Source of the DNA: the human T2T-CHM13v2.0 reference genome, Homo sapiens
DNA length: 64,000 bases
NCBI RefSeq assembly: GCF_009914755.1
Contig: NC_060933.1
Reading direction: 5' to 3' (one strand)
The stretch's first letter is position 1; each line of letters begins with the position of its first letter. Under the pieces are notes generated by a model. The model did not search any database and had not been told where the DNA came from. It saw only the letters and a program-made list of their open reading frames with translations. Positions 42,980-58,400 of the stretch are shown one piece after another. The position numbers were made by a program, and so were the translations under genes.

Positions 42980-45900
42980 AATCAACCCGACTGCAGGGGA
43001 ATGGAATTGAATGGAATGGAATGGAATGGAATGGAATCATCCGGAACGGAATGGAATGGAATGGAATGGAATCAAATCGATTGCAATGGAATGGAATGGA
43101 ATGGAATGGAATCGAATGGAATGGAGTGGAATTAACCAGAATAGAATGGAATGGAATGGAATGGAACGGAATGAAATGGAATGGAATGGAATGGAATGGA
43201 ATGGAATCAACCCGAGTGCAGGGGAATGGAATGGAATGGAATGCAATGGAATGGAATCATCCGGAATGGAATGGAATGGAATGGAATGCAATCAACCTGA
43301 TGCAATGGAATGGAGTGGAATGGAATGGAATGGAATGGAAACATCCCGAATGGAATGGAATGTAATGGAGTGTAAGGGAATTGAATAGAATCAATCCGAA
43401 TGTAATGGAATGGAATGGAATGAAATGGAATGGAATGGAATGGAATGGAATCAACCCGAGTGCAATGGAATGGATTCGAATGGAATGGAATGGAATGGAA
43501 TGGATTCAACAAGAATGGAATGGAAAGGAATGGAATCAACCCGAGTGTAATGGCATGGAATGGAACGGAATGGAATGGGATGGAATGGAATGGTATGGAA
43601 TAGAACGGAATGGAATGAAATGGAATAGAATGGAATGGAATGGAATGGAATGGAATGAACCCGTGTGCAATGGAATGGAATGGAATGGAATGGAATGGAT
43701 TCAACTCGAATGGAATCAACTCGATTGCAATGGAATGGAATGGAATTGAAAGGAATAGAATGGAATCAACCCGAGTGGAATGGAATGGAAAGGACTGGAA
43801 TGGAGTGGAATGGAATGGAATGGAATTAACCCGAATAGAATGAAATGGAACGGAATGGAATGGAATGTAATGGAATGGAATGGAATGGAATCAACCCGAG
43901 TGCAGGGGAATGGAATGGAATGGAATGCAATGGAATGGAATCATCCGGAATGGAATGGAATGGAATGGAATGGAATGGAATGGAATCAACTCGATTTCAA
44001 TGGAAATGGAATGGAATAGAATGGAATGGAATTAACACGAATAGAATGGAATGGAATGGAATTGAATGGAACAGAAAGGAATGGAATGGAATGGAATGGA
44101 ATCAACCCAAGTGCAGGGGAATGGAATGGAATGGAATTCAATGGAATGTAATCATCCGGAATGGAATGGAATGGAATGGAATGGAATGGAATGGAATCAA
44201 CCTGAGTGCAATGGAATGGAGAGGAATGGAATGGAATGGAATGGAATGGAAACTACACGAATCGAATGGAATGTAATGGAGTGTAAGGGAATTGAATAGA
44301 ATGAATCCGAATGGAATGGAATGGAAAGGAATGGAATGGAATGGAATGGAATGCAATGCCATGGAATCAACCCGAGTGCAATCGAATGGAATCGAATGGA
44401 ATGGAATGCAATGGAATGGATTCAACTTGAATGGAATGGAAAGAATGGAATCAACACGAGTGGAATGGCATGGATTGGAATGGAATGGAATGGAATCAAC
44501 CCGAGTACAGGGGAATGGAATGGAATGGAATGAAATGGAATGGAATCATCCGTAATGTAATGGAAAGGAATGGAATGGAATGGAATGGAATGGAATCAAC
44601 TCTCTTGCAATCGAATGGAATGGAATGGAATTAACCCGAATAGAATGGAATGGAATGGAATGGAATGGAATGGAACGGAACGGAACGGAACGGAATGGAA
44701 TGGAATGGAATGGAATGGAATGGAATGGAATGGAATGCAATGGAATCAACTGATTGCAATGGAATGGAATGGAATGGAATGGAATGGAATGGAATGGAAT
44801 TAACCCGAATAGAATGGAATGGAATTAAATGGAACGGAACGGAATGGAATGGAATGGAATGGAATGGAATGGAATGGAATGGAATCAACCCGACTGCAGG
44901 GGAATGGAATGGAATGGATTGCAATGGAATGGATTCAACTTGAATGGAATGGAAAGAATGGAATCAACACGAGTGGAATGGCATGGATTGGAATGGAATG
45001 GAATGGAATCAACCCGAGTACAGGGGAATGGAATGGAATGGAATGCAATGGAATGGAATCATCCGTAATGGAATGGAAAGGAATGGAATGGAATGGAATG
45101 GAATGGAATGGAATGGAATGGAATCCACTCGATTGAAATCGAATGGAATGGAATGGAATTAACCCAAATAGAATGGAATGGAATGGAATGGAACGGAACG
45201 GAACGGAATGGAATGGAATGGAATGGAATGGAATGGAACGGAAAGGAATGGAATGGAACGGAATGGAATGGAATGGAATGGAATGGAATCAACGCGAGTG
45301 CAGGGGAATGGAATGGAATGGAATGCAATGGAATGGAATCTTCCGGAATGGAATGGAATGGAATGGAATGGAATCAACCCGAGTGCAATGGAATGGAGTG
45401 GAAAGGAATGGAATGGAATGGAACAACCCGAATGGAATGGAATGTAATGGAGAGTAAAGGAGTTGAATAGAATCATTCCGAATGTAATGGAATGGAATGG
45501 AACGGAATGGAATTGAATGGAATGGAATGGAATGCAATGGAATGGAATCAACCCGAGTGCAATGGAATGGAGAGGAATGGAATGGAATGGAAACTACCCG
45601 AATGGAATGGAATGTAATGGAGTGTAAGGGAATTGAATAGAATCAATCCGAATGTAATGGAATGGAATGGAACGGAATGGAATGGAATGGAATGGAATGG
45701 AATGGAATGGAATCAACCCGAGTGCAATCGAATGGAATCGAATGGAATGCAATGCAATGGAATGGATTCAACTTGAATGGAATGGAAAGAATGGAATCAA
45801 CACGAGTGGAATGGCATGGATTGGAATGGAATGGAATGGAATCAACCCGAGTACAGGGGAATGGAATGGAAGGGAATGCAATGGAATGGAATCATCCGTA

Positions 45901-46500
45901 ATGGAATGGAAAGGAATGGAATGGAATGGAATCAACTCGATTGCAATCGAATGGAATGGAATGGAATTAACCCAAATAGAATGGAATGGAATGGAATGGA
46001 ACGGAACGGAATGGAATGGAATGGAATGGAATGGAATGGAATGGAATGGAACGGAACGGAACGGAACGGAATGGAATGGAATGGAATGGAATGGAAAGGA
46101 ATCAACGCGAGTGCAGGGGAATGGAATGGAATGGAATGCAATGGAATGGAATCTTCCGGAATGGAATGGAATGGAATGGAATGGAATGGAATGGAATCAA
46201 CCCGAGTGCAATGGAATGGAGTGGAATGGAATGGAATGGAATGGAACAACCCGAATTGAATGGAATGTATTGGAGAGTAAGGGAGTTGAATAGAATCAAT
46301 CCGAATGTAATGGAATGGAATAGAACGGAATGGAATTGAATGGAATGGAATGGAATGCATGGAATGGAATCAACCCGAGTTCAACGGAATGGAGAGGAAT
46401 GGAATGGAATGGAATGGAAACTACCCGAATGGAATGGAATGGAATGGAGTGTAAGGGAATTGAATAGAATCAATCCGAATGTAATGGAATGGAATGGAAC
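42980..46500 (+). repeat. Dispersed fourth copy (D) of the ~4-kb block family
   Basis: ACATCCCGAAT at 43341. Near-identical 170-aa minus-strand translations at 31788, 36598 and 43207. The GCATGG...CAACCCGAGTTCAACGG variant is at ~30881/34848/46357. Confidence 0.88.
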
Positions 46501-49469
46501 GGAATGGAATGGAATGGAATGGAATGGAATGGAATGGAATGCAATGGAATGGAATCAACCCGTGTGCAATGGAATGGAGAGGAATGGAATGGAATGGAAT
46601 GGAAACTACCCGAATGGAATGGAATGTAATGGAGTGTAAGGAAATTGAATAGAATCAATCCGAATGTAATGGAATGGAATGGAATGGAATGGAATGGAAT
46701 GGAATGGAATGGAATGGAATGCAATGGAATGGAATCAACCCGAGTGCAATCGAATGGAATCGAATGGAATGGAATGCAATGGAATAGATTCAACTTGAAT
46801 GGAATGGAAAGAATGGAATCAACACGAGTGGAAGGGCATGGATTGGAATGGAATGGAATGGAATCAACCCGAGTACAGGGGAATGGAATGGAATGGAATG
46901 CAATGGAATGGAATCATCCGTAATGGAATGGAAAGGAATGGAATGGAATGGAATGGAATCAACACGATTGCAATCGAATGGAATGGAATGGAATTAACCC
47001 GAATAGAATGGAATGGAATGGAATGGAACGGAACGGAATGGAATGGAATGGAATGGAATGGAATGGAATGGAACGGAACGGAATGGAATGGATTGGAATG
47101 GAATGGAATGGAATGGAATGGAATCAACGCGAGTGCAGGGGAATGGAATGGAATGGAATGCAATGCAATGGAATCTTCCGGAATGGAATGGAATGGAATG
47201 GAATGGAATGGAATGAAATGCAATGGATTCAACTCGATTGCAATGGAATGGAATAGAATGGAATGGAATGGAATGGAATGGAATTAACCCGAATAGAATG
47301 GAATGGAATGGAATGGAACGGAATGGAATGGAATGGAATGGAATGGAATGGAATGGAATGGAATGGAATGGTATCGAATGGAATGGAATGGTACGGAATA
47401 GAATGGAATGGAACGAATTGTAATGGAATGGAATTGAATGGAATGGAATGGAATGGAATGGAATCAACGCGAGTGCAGGGGAATGTAATGGAACGGAATG
47501 CAATGGAATGGAATCATCCGGAATGGAATGGAATGGAATGGAATCAACCCGAGTGCAATAGAATGGAATGGAATGGAATGGAATGGAATGGAATGGAATG
47601 GAATGGAATGGAATTGAATGGAATGGAATGCCTTCAAACCGAATGGAATGGAAAGCAATGGAATCAACACGAGTGGAATGGAATGGAATGGAAAGGAATG
47701 GAATGGAATGGTACGGAATATAATGGAATGGAACGAAATGGAATGGAATGCAATGGAATGGAATGGAATGGAATGGAATGGAATGGAATGGAATGGAATG
47801 GAATCGTTCCGAGTGGAATAGGAGGGAATGTATTCGAGTGGAATGGAAAGGAATGGAATCAACCAGAGTGGAATGGAAGGGAATGGAATGGAATGGAAAC
47901 TAATAGAATGGAATCAACCCGAGTGGAATGGAATGGAAAGGACTGGAATGGAATGGAATGGAATGGAATGGAATCAACTCAATTGTAATGGAATGGAATG
48001 GAATGGAATGGAATGGAATGGAATGGAATGGAATGGAATTAACCCGAATACAATGGAATGGAATGGAATGGAACAGAATGGAGTTGAATGGAATGGAATC
48101 AACCCGAGTGCAGGGGAATGGAAGGGAATGGAATGCAATGGAATGGAATCATCCGGAATGGAATGGAATGGAATGGAATGCAAAGCAATGGAATCAACTC
48201 GATTGCAATGGAATGGAATGGAATGGAAAGGAATACATTGGAATCAACCCGAGTGGAATGGAATGGAAAGGACTGGAATGGAGTGGAATGGAATGGAATG
48301 GAATGGAAAGGAATCAACTCGATTGGAATGGAATGGAATGGAATGCAATGGAATGGAATGGAATTAACCCAAATAGAATGGAATGGAATGGAATGGAACG
48401 GAACGGAACGGAACGGAACAGAACGGAACGGAACGGAATGGAATGGAATGGAATGGAATGGAATGGAATCAACCCGACTGCAGGGGAATGGAATGGAATG
48501 GAATGCAATGGAATGGATTCAACCTGAATGGAATGGAAAGAATGGAATCAACACGAGTGGAATGGCATGGATTGGAATGGAATGGAATGGAATCAACCCG
48601 AGTACAGGGGAATGGAATGGAATGGAATGCAATGGAATGGAATCATCCGTAATGGAATGGAAAGGAATGGAATGGAATGGAATGGAATGGAATGGAATGG
48701 AATGGAATCAACTCGATTGCAATCGAATGGAATGGAATGGAATTAACCCGAATAGAATGGAATGGAATGGAATGGAATGGAATAGAATGGAACGGAACGG
48801 AATGGAATGGAATGGAATGGAATGGAATGGAATGGAACGGAAAGGAATGGAATGGAATGGAATGGAATGGAATGGAATGGAATGGAATGGAATGGAATGG
48901 AATCAACGCGAGTGCAGGGGAATGGAATGGAATGGAATGCAATGGAATGGAATCTTCCGGAATGGAATGGAATGGAATGGAATGGAATCAACCCGAGTGC
49001 AATGGAATGGAATGGAATGGAATGGAATTAACCGGAATAGAATGGAATGGAATGGAATGGAACGGAATGGAATGGAATGGAAGGGAATGGAATCAACACG
49101 AGTGTAGGGGAATGGAATGGAATGGAATGCAATGGAATGGAATCATCCGGAATGGAATGGAATGGAATGGAATCAACTCCATTGCAATGGAATGGAATGG
49201 AATAGAATGGAATGGAATTAACCCGAATAGAATGGAATGCAATAGAATGGAATGCAACGGAACCGAATGGAGTGGAATGGAATGCAATGGAATGGAATGG
49301 AATGGAATGGAATGGAATCAACTCGATGGCAATCGAATGGAATGGAATGGAATTAACCCGAATAGAATGGAATGGAATGGAATGGAACGGAACGGAATGG
49401 AATGGAATGGAATCGAATGGAATGGAACGGAACGGAATGGAATGGAATGGAATGGAAAGGAATGGAATC

Positions 49470-52400
49470 AACGCGAGTGCAGGGGAATGGAATGTAATGG
49501 AATGCAATGGAATGGAATCTTCCGGAATGGAATGGAATGGAATGGAATGCAATGGATTCAACTCGATTGCAACGGAATGGAATAGAATGGAATGGAATGG
49601 AATGGAATGGAATTAACCCGAATAGAATGGAATGGAATTGAACGGAATGGAACAGAACGGAATGGAATGGAATGGAATGGAATGGAATGGAATGGAATGG
49701 AATGGTGTGGAATGGAATGGAATGGAATGAATCAACGCGAGTGCAGGGGAATGTAATGGAACGGAATGTAATGGAATGGAATCATCCGGAATGGAATGGA
49801 ATGGAATGGAATGGAATGGAATCAACCCGAGTGCAATGGAATGGAGTGGAATGGAATGGAATGGAATGGAACAACCCGAATGGAATGGAATGTAATGGAG
49901 AGTAAGGGAGTTGAATAGAATCAATCCGAATGTAATGGAATGGAATGCAACGGAATGGAATGGAATGGAATGGAATGCAATTGAATGGAATCAACCCGAG
50001 TACAATGGAATGGAATGGAATGGAATGGAATGGAATGGAATGGAATGGAATGGCTTCAAACCGAATGGAATGGAAAGGAATGGAATCAACACGAGTGGAA
50101 TGGAATGGAATGGAATGGAATGGAATGGAATGGAATGGTATGGAATAGAATGGAATGGAACGAAATGGAATGGAATGGAATGGAATGGAATGGAATGGAA
50201 TGGAATCGTTCCGAGTGGAATAGGAGGGAATCTATTCGAGTGGATTGGAAAGGAATGGAATCAACCAGAGTGGAATGGAAGGGAATAGAATGGAATGGAA
50301 ACCAATAGAATGGAATCAACCCGAGTGGAATGGAATGGAAAGGACTGGAATGGAATGGAATGGAATGGAATGGAATGGAATCAACTCGATTGTAATGGAA
50401 TGGAATGGAATGGAATGGAATGGAATGGAATGGAATGGAATTAACTCAAATACAATGGAATGGAATGGAATGGAACAGAATGGAGTGGAATGGAATGGAA
50501 TCAACCCGAGTGCAGGGCAATGGAATGGAATGGAATGCAATGGAATGGAATCATCCGGAATGGAATGGAATGGAATGGAATGCAAAGCAATGGAATCAAC
50601 TCGATTGCAATGGAATGGAATGGACTGGAAAGGAATACATTGGAATCAACCCGAGTGGAATGGAATGGAAAGGACTGGAATGGAGTGGAATGGAATGGAA
50701 TGGAATGGAATGGAATCAACTCGATTGGAATGGAATGGAATGGAATGGAATGGAATGGAATGGAATGGAATGGAATTAACCCGAATAGAATGGAATGGAA
50801 TTAAATGGAACGGAACGGAATGAAATGGGATGGAATGGAATGGAATGGAATGGAATGGAATGGAATGGAATGGAATCAACCCGACTGCAGGGGAATGGAA
50901 TGGAATGGAATGCAATGGAATGGATTCAACTTGAATGGAATGGAAAGAATGGAATCAACACGAGTGGCATGGCATGGATTGGAATGGAATGGAATGGAAT
51001 CAACCCGAGTACAGGGGAATGGAATGGAATGGAATGCAATGGAACGGAATCATCCGTAATGGAATGGAAAGGAATGGAATGGAATGGAATGGAATGGAAT
51101 GGAATGGAATGGAATCAACTCGATTGCAATCGAATGGAATGGAATGGAATTAACCCGAATAGAATGGAATGGAATGGAATGGAACGGAACGGAACGGAAC
51201 GGAATGGAATGGAATGGAATGGAATGGAACGGAAAGGAACGGAATGGAATGGAATGGAATGGAATGGAATCAACGCGAGTGCAGGGGAATGGAATGTAAT
51301 GGAATGCAATGGAATGGAATCTTCCGGAATGGAATGGAATGGAATGAAATGGAATCAACCCGAGTGCAATGGAATGGAGTGGAATGGAATGGAATAGAAT
51401 GGAACAACCCGAATGGAATGGAATGTAATGGAGAGTAAGGGAGTTGAATAGAATAATTCCGAATGTAATGGAATGGAATGGAACGGAATGGAATTGAATG
51501 GAATGGAATGGAATGCAATGGAATGGAATCAACCCGAGTGCAATGGAATGGAGAGGAATGGAATGGAATGGAATGGAAACTACCCGAATGGAATGGAATG
51601 TAATGGAGTGTAAGGGAATTGAATAGAATCAATCCGAATGTAATGGAATGGAATGGAACGGAATGGAATGGAATGGAACGGAATGGAATGGAATGGAATG
51701 CAATCAAACCGAGTGCAGTCGAATGGAATCGAATGGAATGCAATGCAATGGAATGGATTCAACTTGAATGGAATGGAAAGAATGGAATCAACACGAGTGG
51801 AATGGCATGGATTGGAATGGAATGGAATGGAATCAACCCGAGTACAGGGGAATGGAATGGAATGGAATGCAATGGAATGGAATCATCCGTAATGGAATGG
51901 AAAGGAATGGAATGGAATGGAATGGAATGGAATGGAATGGAATGGAATGGAATCAACTCGATTGCAATCGAATGTAATGGAATGGAATTAACCCGAATAG
52001 AATGGAAGGGAATGGAATGGAACGGAACGGAATGGAATGGAATGGAATGGAATGGAACGGAACGGAACGGAACGGAATGGAATGGAATGGAATGGAATGG
52101 AATGGAATGGAATGGAATGGAATCAACGCGAGTGTAGGGGAATGGAATGGAATGGAATGCAATGGAATGGAATCTTCCGGAATGGAATGGAATGCAATGG
52201 AATGAAATGCAATGGATTCAACTCGATTGCAATGGAATGGAATAGAATGGAATGGAATGGAATGGAATGGAATTAACCCGAATAGAATGGAATGGAATGG
52301 AATGGAACGGAATGGAACGGAATGGAATGGAATGGAATGGAACGGAATGGAATGGAATGGTATGGAATGGAATGGAATGGTACGGAATAGAATGGAATGG

Positions 52401-55400
52401 AACGAATTGTAATGGAATGGAATTGAATGGAATGGAATGGAATGGAATGGAATCAACGCGAGTGCAGGGGAATGCAATGGAACGGAATGCAATGGAATGG
52501 AATCATCCGGAATGGAATGGAATGGAATGGAATGGAATCAACCCGAGTGCAATGGAATGGAGTGGAATGGAATGGAATGGAATGGAACAACCCGAATGGA
52601 ATGGAATGGAATGGAGAGTAAGGGAGTTGAATAGAATCAATCCGAATGTAATGGAATGGAAAGCAACGGAATGGAATGGAATGGAATGGAATGGAATGCA
52701 ATGGAATGGAATCAACCCGAGTACAATGGAATGGAATGGAATGCAATGGAATGGAATGGAATGGAATGGAATGGAATGGAATGGAATTGAATGGATTGGA
52801 ATGCCTTCAAACCGAATGGAATGGAAAGGAATGAATGGAATGGAATGGAATGCAATGGAATGGAATCAACCCGAGTGCAATGGAATGGAGAGGAATGGAA
52901 TGGAATGGAATGGAAACTACCCGAATGGAATGGAATGTAATGGAGTGTAAGGGAATTGAATAGAATCAATCCGAATGTAATGGAATGGAATGGAACGGAA
53001 TGGAATGGAATGGAACGGAATGGAATGGAATGGAATGCAATCAAACCGAGTGCAGTCGAATGGAATCGAATGGAATGCAATGCAATGGAATGGATTCAAC
53101 TTGAATGGAATGGAAAGAATGGAATCAACACGAGTGGAATGGCATGGATTGGAATGGAATGGAATGGAATCAACCCGAGTACAGGGGAATGGAATGGAAT
53201 GGAATGCAATGGAATGGAATCATCCGTAATGGAATGGAAAGGAATGGAATGGAATGGAATGGAATGGAATGGAATGGAATGGAATGGAATCAACTCGATT
53301 GCAATCGAATGTAATGGAATGGAATTAACCCGAATAGAATGGAAGGGAATGGAATGGAACGGAACGGAATGGAATGGAATGGAATGGAATGGAACGGAAC
53401 GGAACGGAACGGAATGGAATGGAATGGAATGGAATGGAATGGAATGGAATGGAATGGAATCAACGCGAGTGTAGGGGAATGGAATGGAATGGAATGCAAT
53501 GGAATGGAATCTTCCGGAATGGAATGGAATGCAATGGAATGAAATGCAATGGATTCAACTCGATTGCAATGGAATGGAATAGAATGGAATGGAATGGAAT
53601 GGAATGGAATTAACCCGAATAGAATGGAATGGAATGGAATGGAACGGAATGGAACGGAATGGAATGGAATGGAATGGAACGGAATGGAATGGAATGGTAT
53701 GGAATGGAATGGAATGGTACGGAATAGAATGGAATGGAACGAATTGTAATGGAATGGAATTGAATGGAATGGAATGGAATGGAATGGAATCAACGCGAGT
53801 GCAGGGGAATGCAATGGAACGGAATGCAATGGAATGGAATCATCCGGAATGGAATGGAATGGAATGGAATGGAATCAACCCGAGTGCAATGGAATGGAGT
53901 GGAATGGAATGGAATGGAATGGAACAACCCGAATGGAATGGAATGGAATGGAGAGTAAGGGAGTTGAATAGAATCAATCCGAATGTAATGGAATGGAAAG
54001 CAACGGAATGGAATGGAATGGAATGGAATGGAATGCAATGGAATGGAATCAACCCGAGTACAATGGAATGGAATGGAATGCAATGGAATGGAATGGAATG
54101 GAATGGAATGGAATGGAATGGAATTGAATGGATTGGAATGCCTTCAAACCGAATGGAATGGAAAGGAATGGAATCAACACGAGTGGAATGGAATGGAATG
54201 GAAAGGAATGGAATGGAATGGAATGGTACGGAATAGAATGGAATGGAACGAAATGGAATGGAATGGAATGGAATGGAATGGAATCATTCCGAGTGGAATA
54301 GGAGGGAATGTATTCGAGTGGAATGGAAAGGAATGGAATCAACCAGAGTGGAATGGAAGGGAATGGAATGGAATGGAAACTAATAGAATGGAATCAACCC
54401 GAGTGGAATGGAATGGAAATGACTGGAATGGAATGGAATGGAATGGAATGGAATCATCTCGATTGTAATGGATTGGAATGGAATGGAATGGAATGGAATG
54501 GAATGGAATGGAATTAACCAGAATACAACGGAATGGAATGGCATGGAACGGAATGGAGTGGAATGGAATGGAATCAACCCGAGTGCAGGGGAATGGAATG
54601 GAATGGAATGCAATGGAATGGAATCATCCGGAATGGAATGGAATGGAATGGAATGCAAAGCAATGGAATCAACTCGATTGCAATGGAATGGAATGGAATG
54701 GAAAGGAATACATTGGAATCAACCCGAGTGGAATGGAATGGAAAGGACTGGAATGGAGTGGAATGGAATGGAATGGAATGGAATGGAATCAACTCGATTG
54801 GAATGGAATGGAATGGAATGGAATGGAATGGAATGGAATGGAATTAACCCGAATAGAATGGAATGGAATTAAATGGAAAGGAACGGAATGGAATGGAATG
54901 GAATGGAATGGAATGGAATGGAATGGAATCAACCCGACTGAAGGGGAATGGAATGGAATGGAATGCAATGGAATGGATTCAACTTGAATGGAATGGAAAG
55001 AATGGAATCAACACGAGTGGAATGGCATGGATTGCAATGGAATGGAATGGAATCAACCCGAGTACAGGGGAATGGAATGGAATGGAATGCAATGGAATGG
55101 AATCATCCGTAATGGAATGGAAAGGAATGGAATGGAATGGAATGGAATGGAATGGAATGGAATGGAATGGAATGGAATCAACTCGATTTCAATGGAATGG
55201 AATGGAATGGAATTAACCCGAATAGAATGGAATGGAATGGAATGGAACGGAATGGAACGGAATGGAAAGGAATGGAATGGAATGGAATGGAATGGAAAGG
55301 AATGGAATGGAATGGAATGGAATGGAATGGAATGGAATCAACGCGAGTGCAGGGGAATGGAATGTAATGGAATGCAATGGAATGGAATCTCCCGGAATGG

Positions 55401-58400
55401 AATGGAATGGAATGGAATGCAATGGATTCAACTCGATTGCAACGGAATGGAATAGAATGGAATGGAATGGAATGGAATGGAATTAACCCGAATAGAATGG
55501 AATGGAATTGAACGGAATGGAACGGAACGGAATGGAATGGAATGGAATGGAATGGAATGGAATGGAATGGTGTGGAATGGAATGGTGTGGAATGGAATGG
55601 AATGGAATGAATCAACGCGAGTGCAGGGGAATGTAATGGAACGGAATGTAATGGAATGGAATCATCCGGAATGGAATGGAATGGAATGGAATGGAATGGA
55701 ATCAACCCGAGTGAAATGGAATGGAGTGGAATGGAATGGAATGGAATGGAACAACCCGAATGGAATGGAATGTAATGGAGAGTAAGGGAGTTGAATAGAA
55801 TCAATCCGAATGTAATGGAATGGAATGCAACGGAATGGAATGGAATGGAATGGAATGCAATTGAATGGAATCAACCCGAGTACAATGGAATGGAATGGAA
55901 TGGAATGGAATGGAATGGAATGGAATCGTTCCGAGTGGAATAGGAGGGAATCTATTCGAGTGGATTGGAAAGGAATGGAATCAACCAGAGTGGAATGGAA
56001 GGGAATAGAATGGAATGGAAACCAATAGAATGGAATCAACCCGAGTGGAATGGAATGGAAAGGACTGGAATGGAATGGAATGGAATGGAATGGAATGGAA
56101 TCAACTCGATTGTAATGGAATGGAATGGAATGGAATGGAATGGAATGGAATGGAATGGAATGGAATTAACTCAAATACAATGGAATGGAATGGAATGGAA
56201 CGGAATGGAGTGGAATGGAATGGAATCAACCCGAGTGCAGGGCAATGGAATGGAATGGAATGCAATGGAATGGAATCATCCGGAATGGAATGGAATGGAA
56301 TGGAATGCAAAGCAATGGAATCAACTCGATTGCAATGGAATGGAATGGACTGGAAAGGAATACATTGGAATCAACCCGAGTGGAATGGAATGGAAAGGAC
56401 TGGAATGGAGTGGAATGGAACGGAATGGAATGGAATGGAATCAACTCGATTGGAATGGAATGGAATGGAATGGAATGGAATGGAATGGAATGGAATTAAC
56501 CCGAATAGAATGGAATGGAATTAAATGGAACGGAACGGAATGAAATGGGATGGAATGGAATGGAATGGAATGGAATGGAATGGAATGGAATGGAATCAAC
56601 CCGACTGCAGGGGAATGGAATGGAATGGAATGCAATGGAATGGATTCAACTTGAATGGAATGGAAAGAATGGAATCAACACGAGTGGAATGGCATGGATT
56701 GGAATGGAATGGAATGGAATCAACCCGAGTACAGGGGAATGGAATGGAATGGAATGCAATGGAACGGAATCATCCGTAATGGAATGGAAAGGAATGGAAT
56801 GGAATGGAATGGAATGGAATGGAATGGAATGGAATCAACTCGATTGCAATCGAATGGAATGGAATGGAATTAACCCGAATAGAATGGAATGGAATGGAAT
56901 GGAACGGAACGGAACGGAACGGAATGGAATGGAATGGAATGGAACGGAAAGGAACGGAATGGAATGGAATGGAATGGAATGGAATCAACGCGAGTGCAGG
57001 GGAATGGAATGTAATGGAATGCAATGGAATGGAATCTTCCGGAATGGAATGGAATGGAATGAAATGGAATCAACCCGAGTGCAATGGAATGGAGTGGAAT
57101 GGAATGGAATAGAATGGAACAACCCGAATGGAATGGAATGTAATGGAGAGTAAGGGAGTTGAATAGAATAATTCCGAATGTAATGGAATGGAATGGAACG
57201 GAATGGAATTGAATGGAATGGAATGGAATGCAATGGAATGGAATCAACCCGAGTGCAATGGAATGGAGAGGAATGGAATGGAATGGAATGGAAACTACCC
57301 GAATGGAATGGAATGTAATGGAGTGTAAGGGAATTGAATAGAATCAATCCGAATGTAATGGAATGGAATGGAACGGAATGGAATGGAATGGAACGGAATG
57401 GAATGGAATGGAATGGAATCAAACCGAGTGCAATCGAATGGAATCGAATGGAATGCAATGCAATGGAATGGATTCAACTTGAATGGAATGGAAAGAATGG
57501 AATCAACACGAGTGGAATGGCATGGATTGGAATGGAATGGAATGGAATCAACCCGAGTACAGGGGAATGGAATGGAATGGAATGCAATGGAATGGAATCA
57601 TCCGTAATGGAATGGAAAGGAATGGAATGGAATGGAATGGAATGGAATGGAATGGAATGGAATGGAATCAACTCGATTGCAATCGAATGTAATGGAATGG
57701 AATTAACCCGAATAGAATGGAATGGAATGGAATGGAACGGAACGGAATGGAATGGAATGGAATGGAATGGAACGGAACGGAACGGAACGGAACGGAATGG
57801 AATGGAATGGAATGGAATGGAATGGAATGGAATCAACGCGAGTGTAGGGGAATGGAATGGAATGGAATGCAATGGAATGGAATCTTCCGGAATGGAATGG
57901 AATGGAATGGAATGAAATGCAATGGATTCAACTCGATTGCAATGGAATGGAATAGAATGGAATGGAATGGAATGGAATGGAATTAACCCGAATAGAATGG
58001 AATGGAATGGAATGGAACGGAATGGAACGGAATGGAATGGAATGGAATGGAACGGAATGGAATGGAATGGTATGGAATGGAATGGAATGGTACGGAATAG
58101 AATGGAATGGAACGAATTGTAATGGAATGGAATTGAATGGAATGGAATGGAATGGAATGGAATCAACGCGAGTGCAGGGGAATGCAATGGAACGGAATGC
58201 AATGGAATGGAATCATCCGGAATGGAATGGAATGGAATGGAATGGAATCAACCCGAGTGCAATGGAATGGAGTGGAATGGAATGGAATGGAATGGAACAA
58301 CCCGAATGGAATGGAATGGAATGGAGAGTAAGGGAGTTGAATAGAATCAATCCGAATGTAATGGAATGGAAAGCAACGGAATGGAATGGAATGGAATGGA

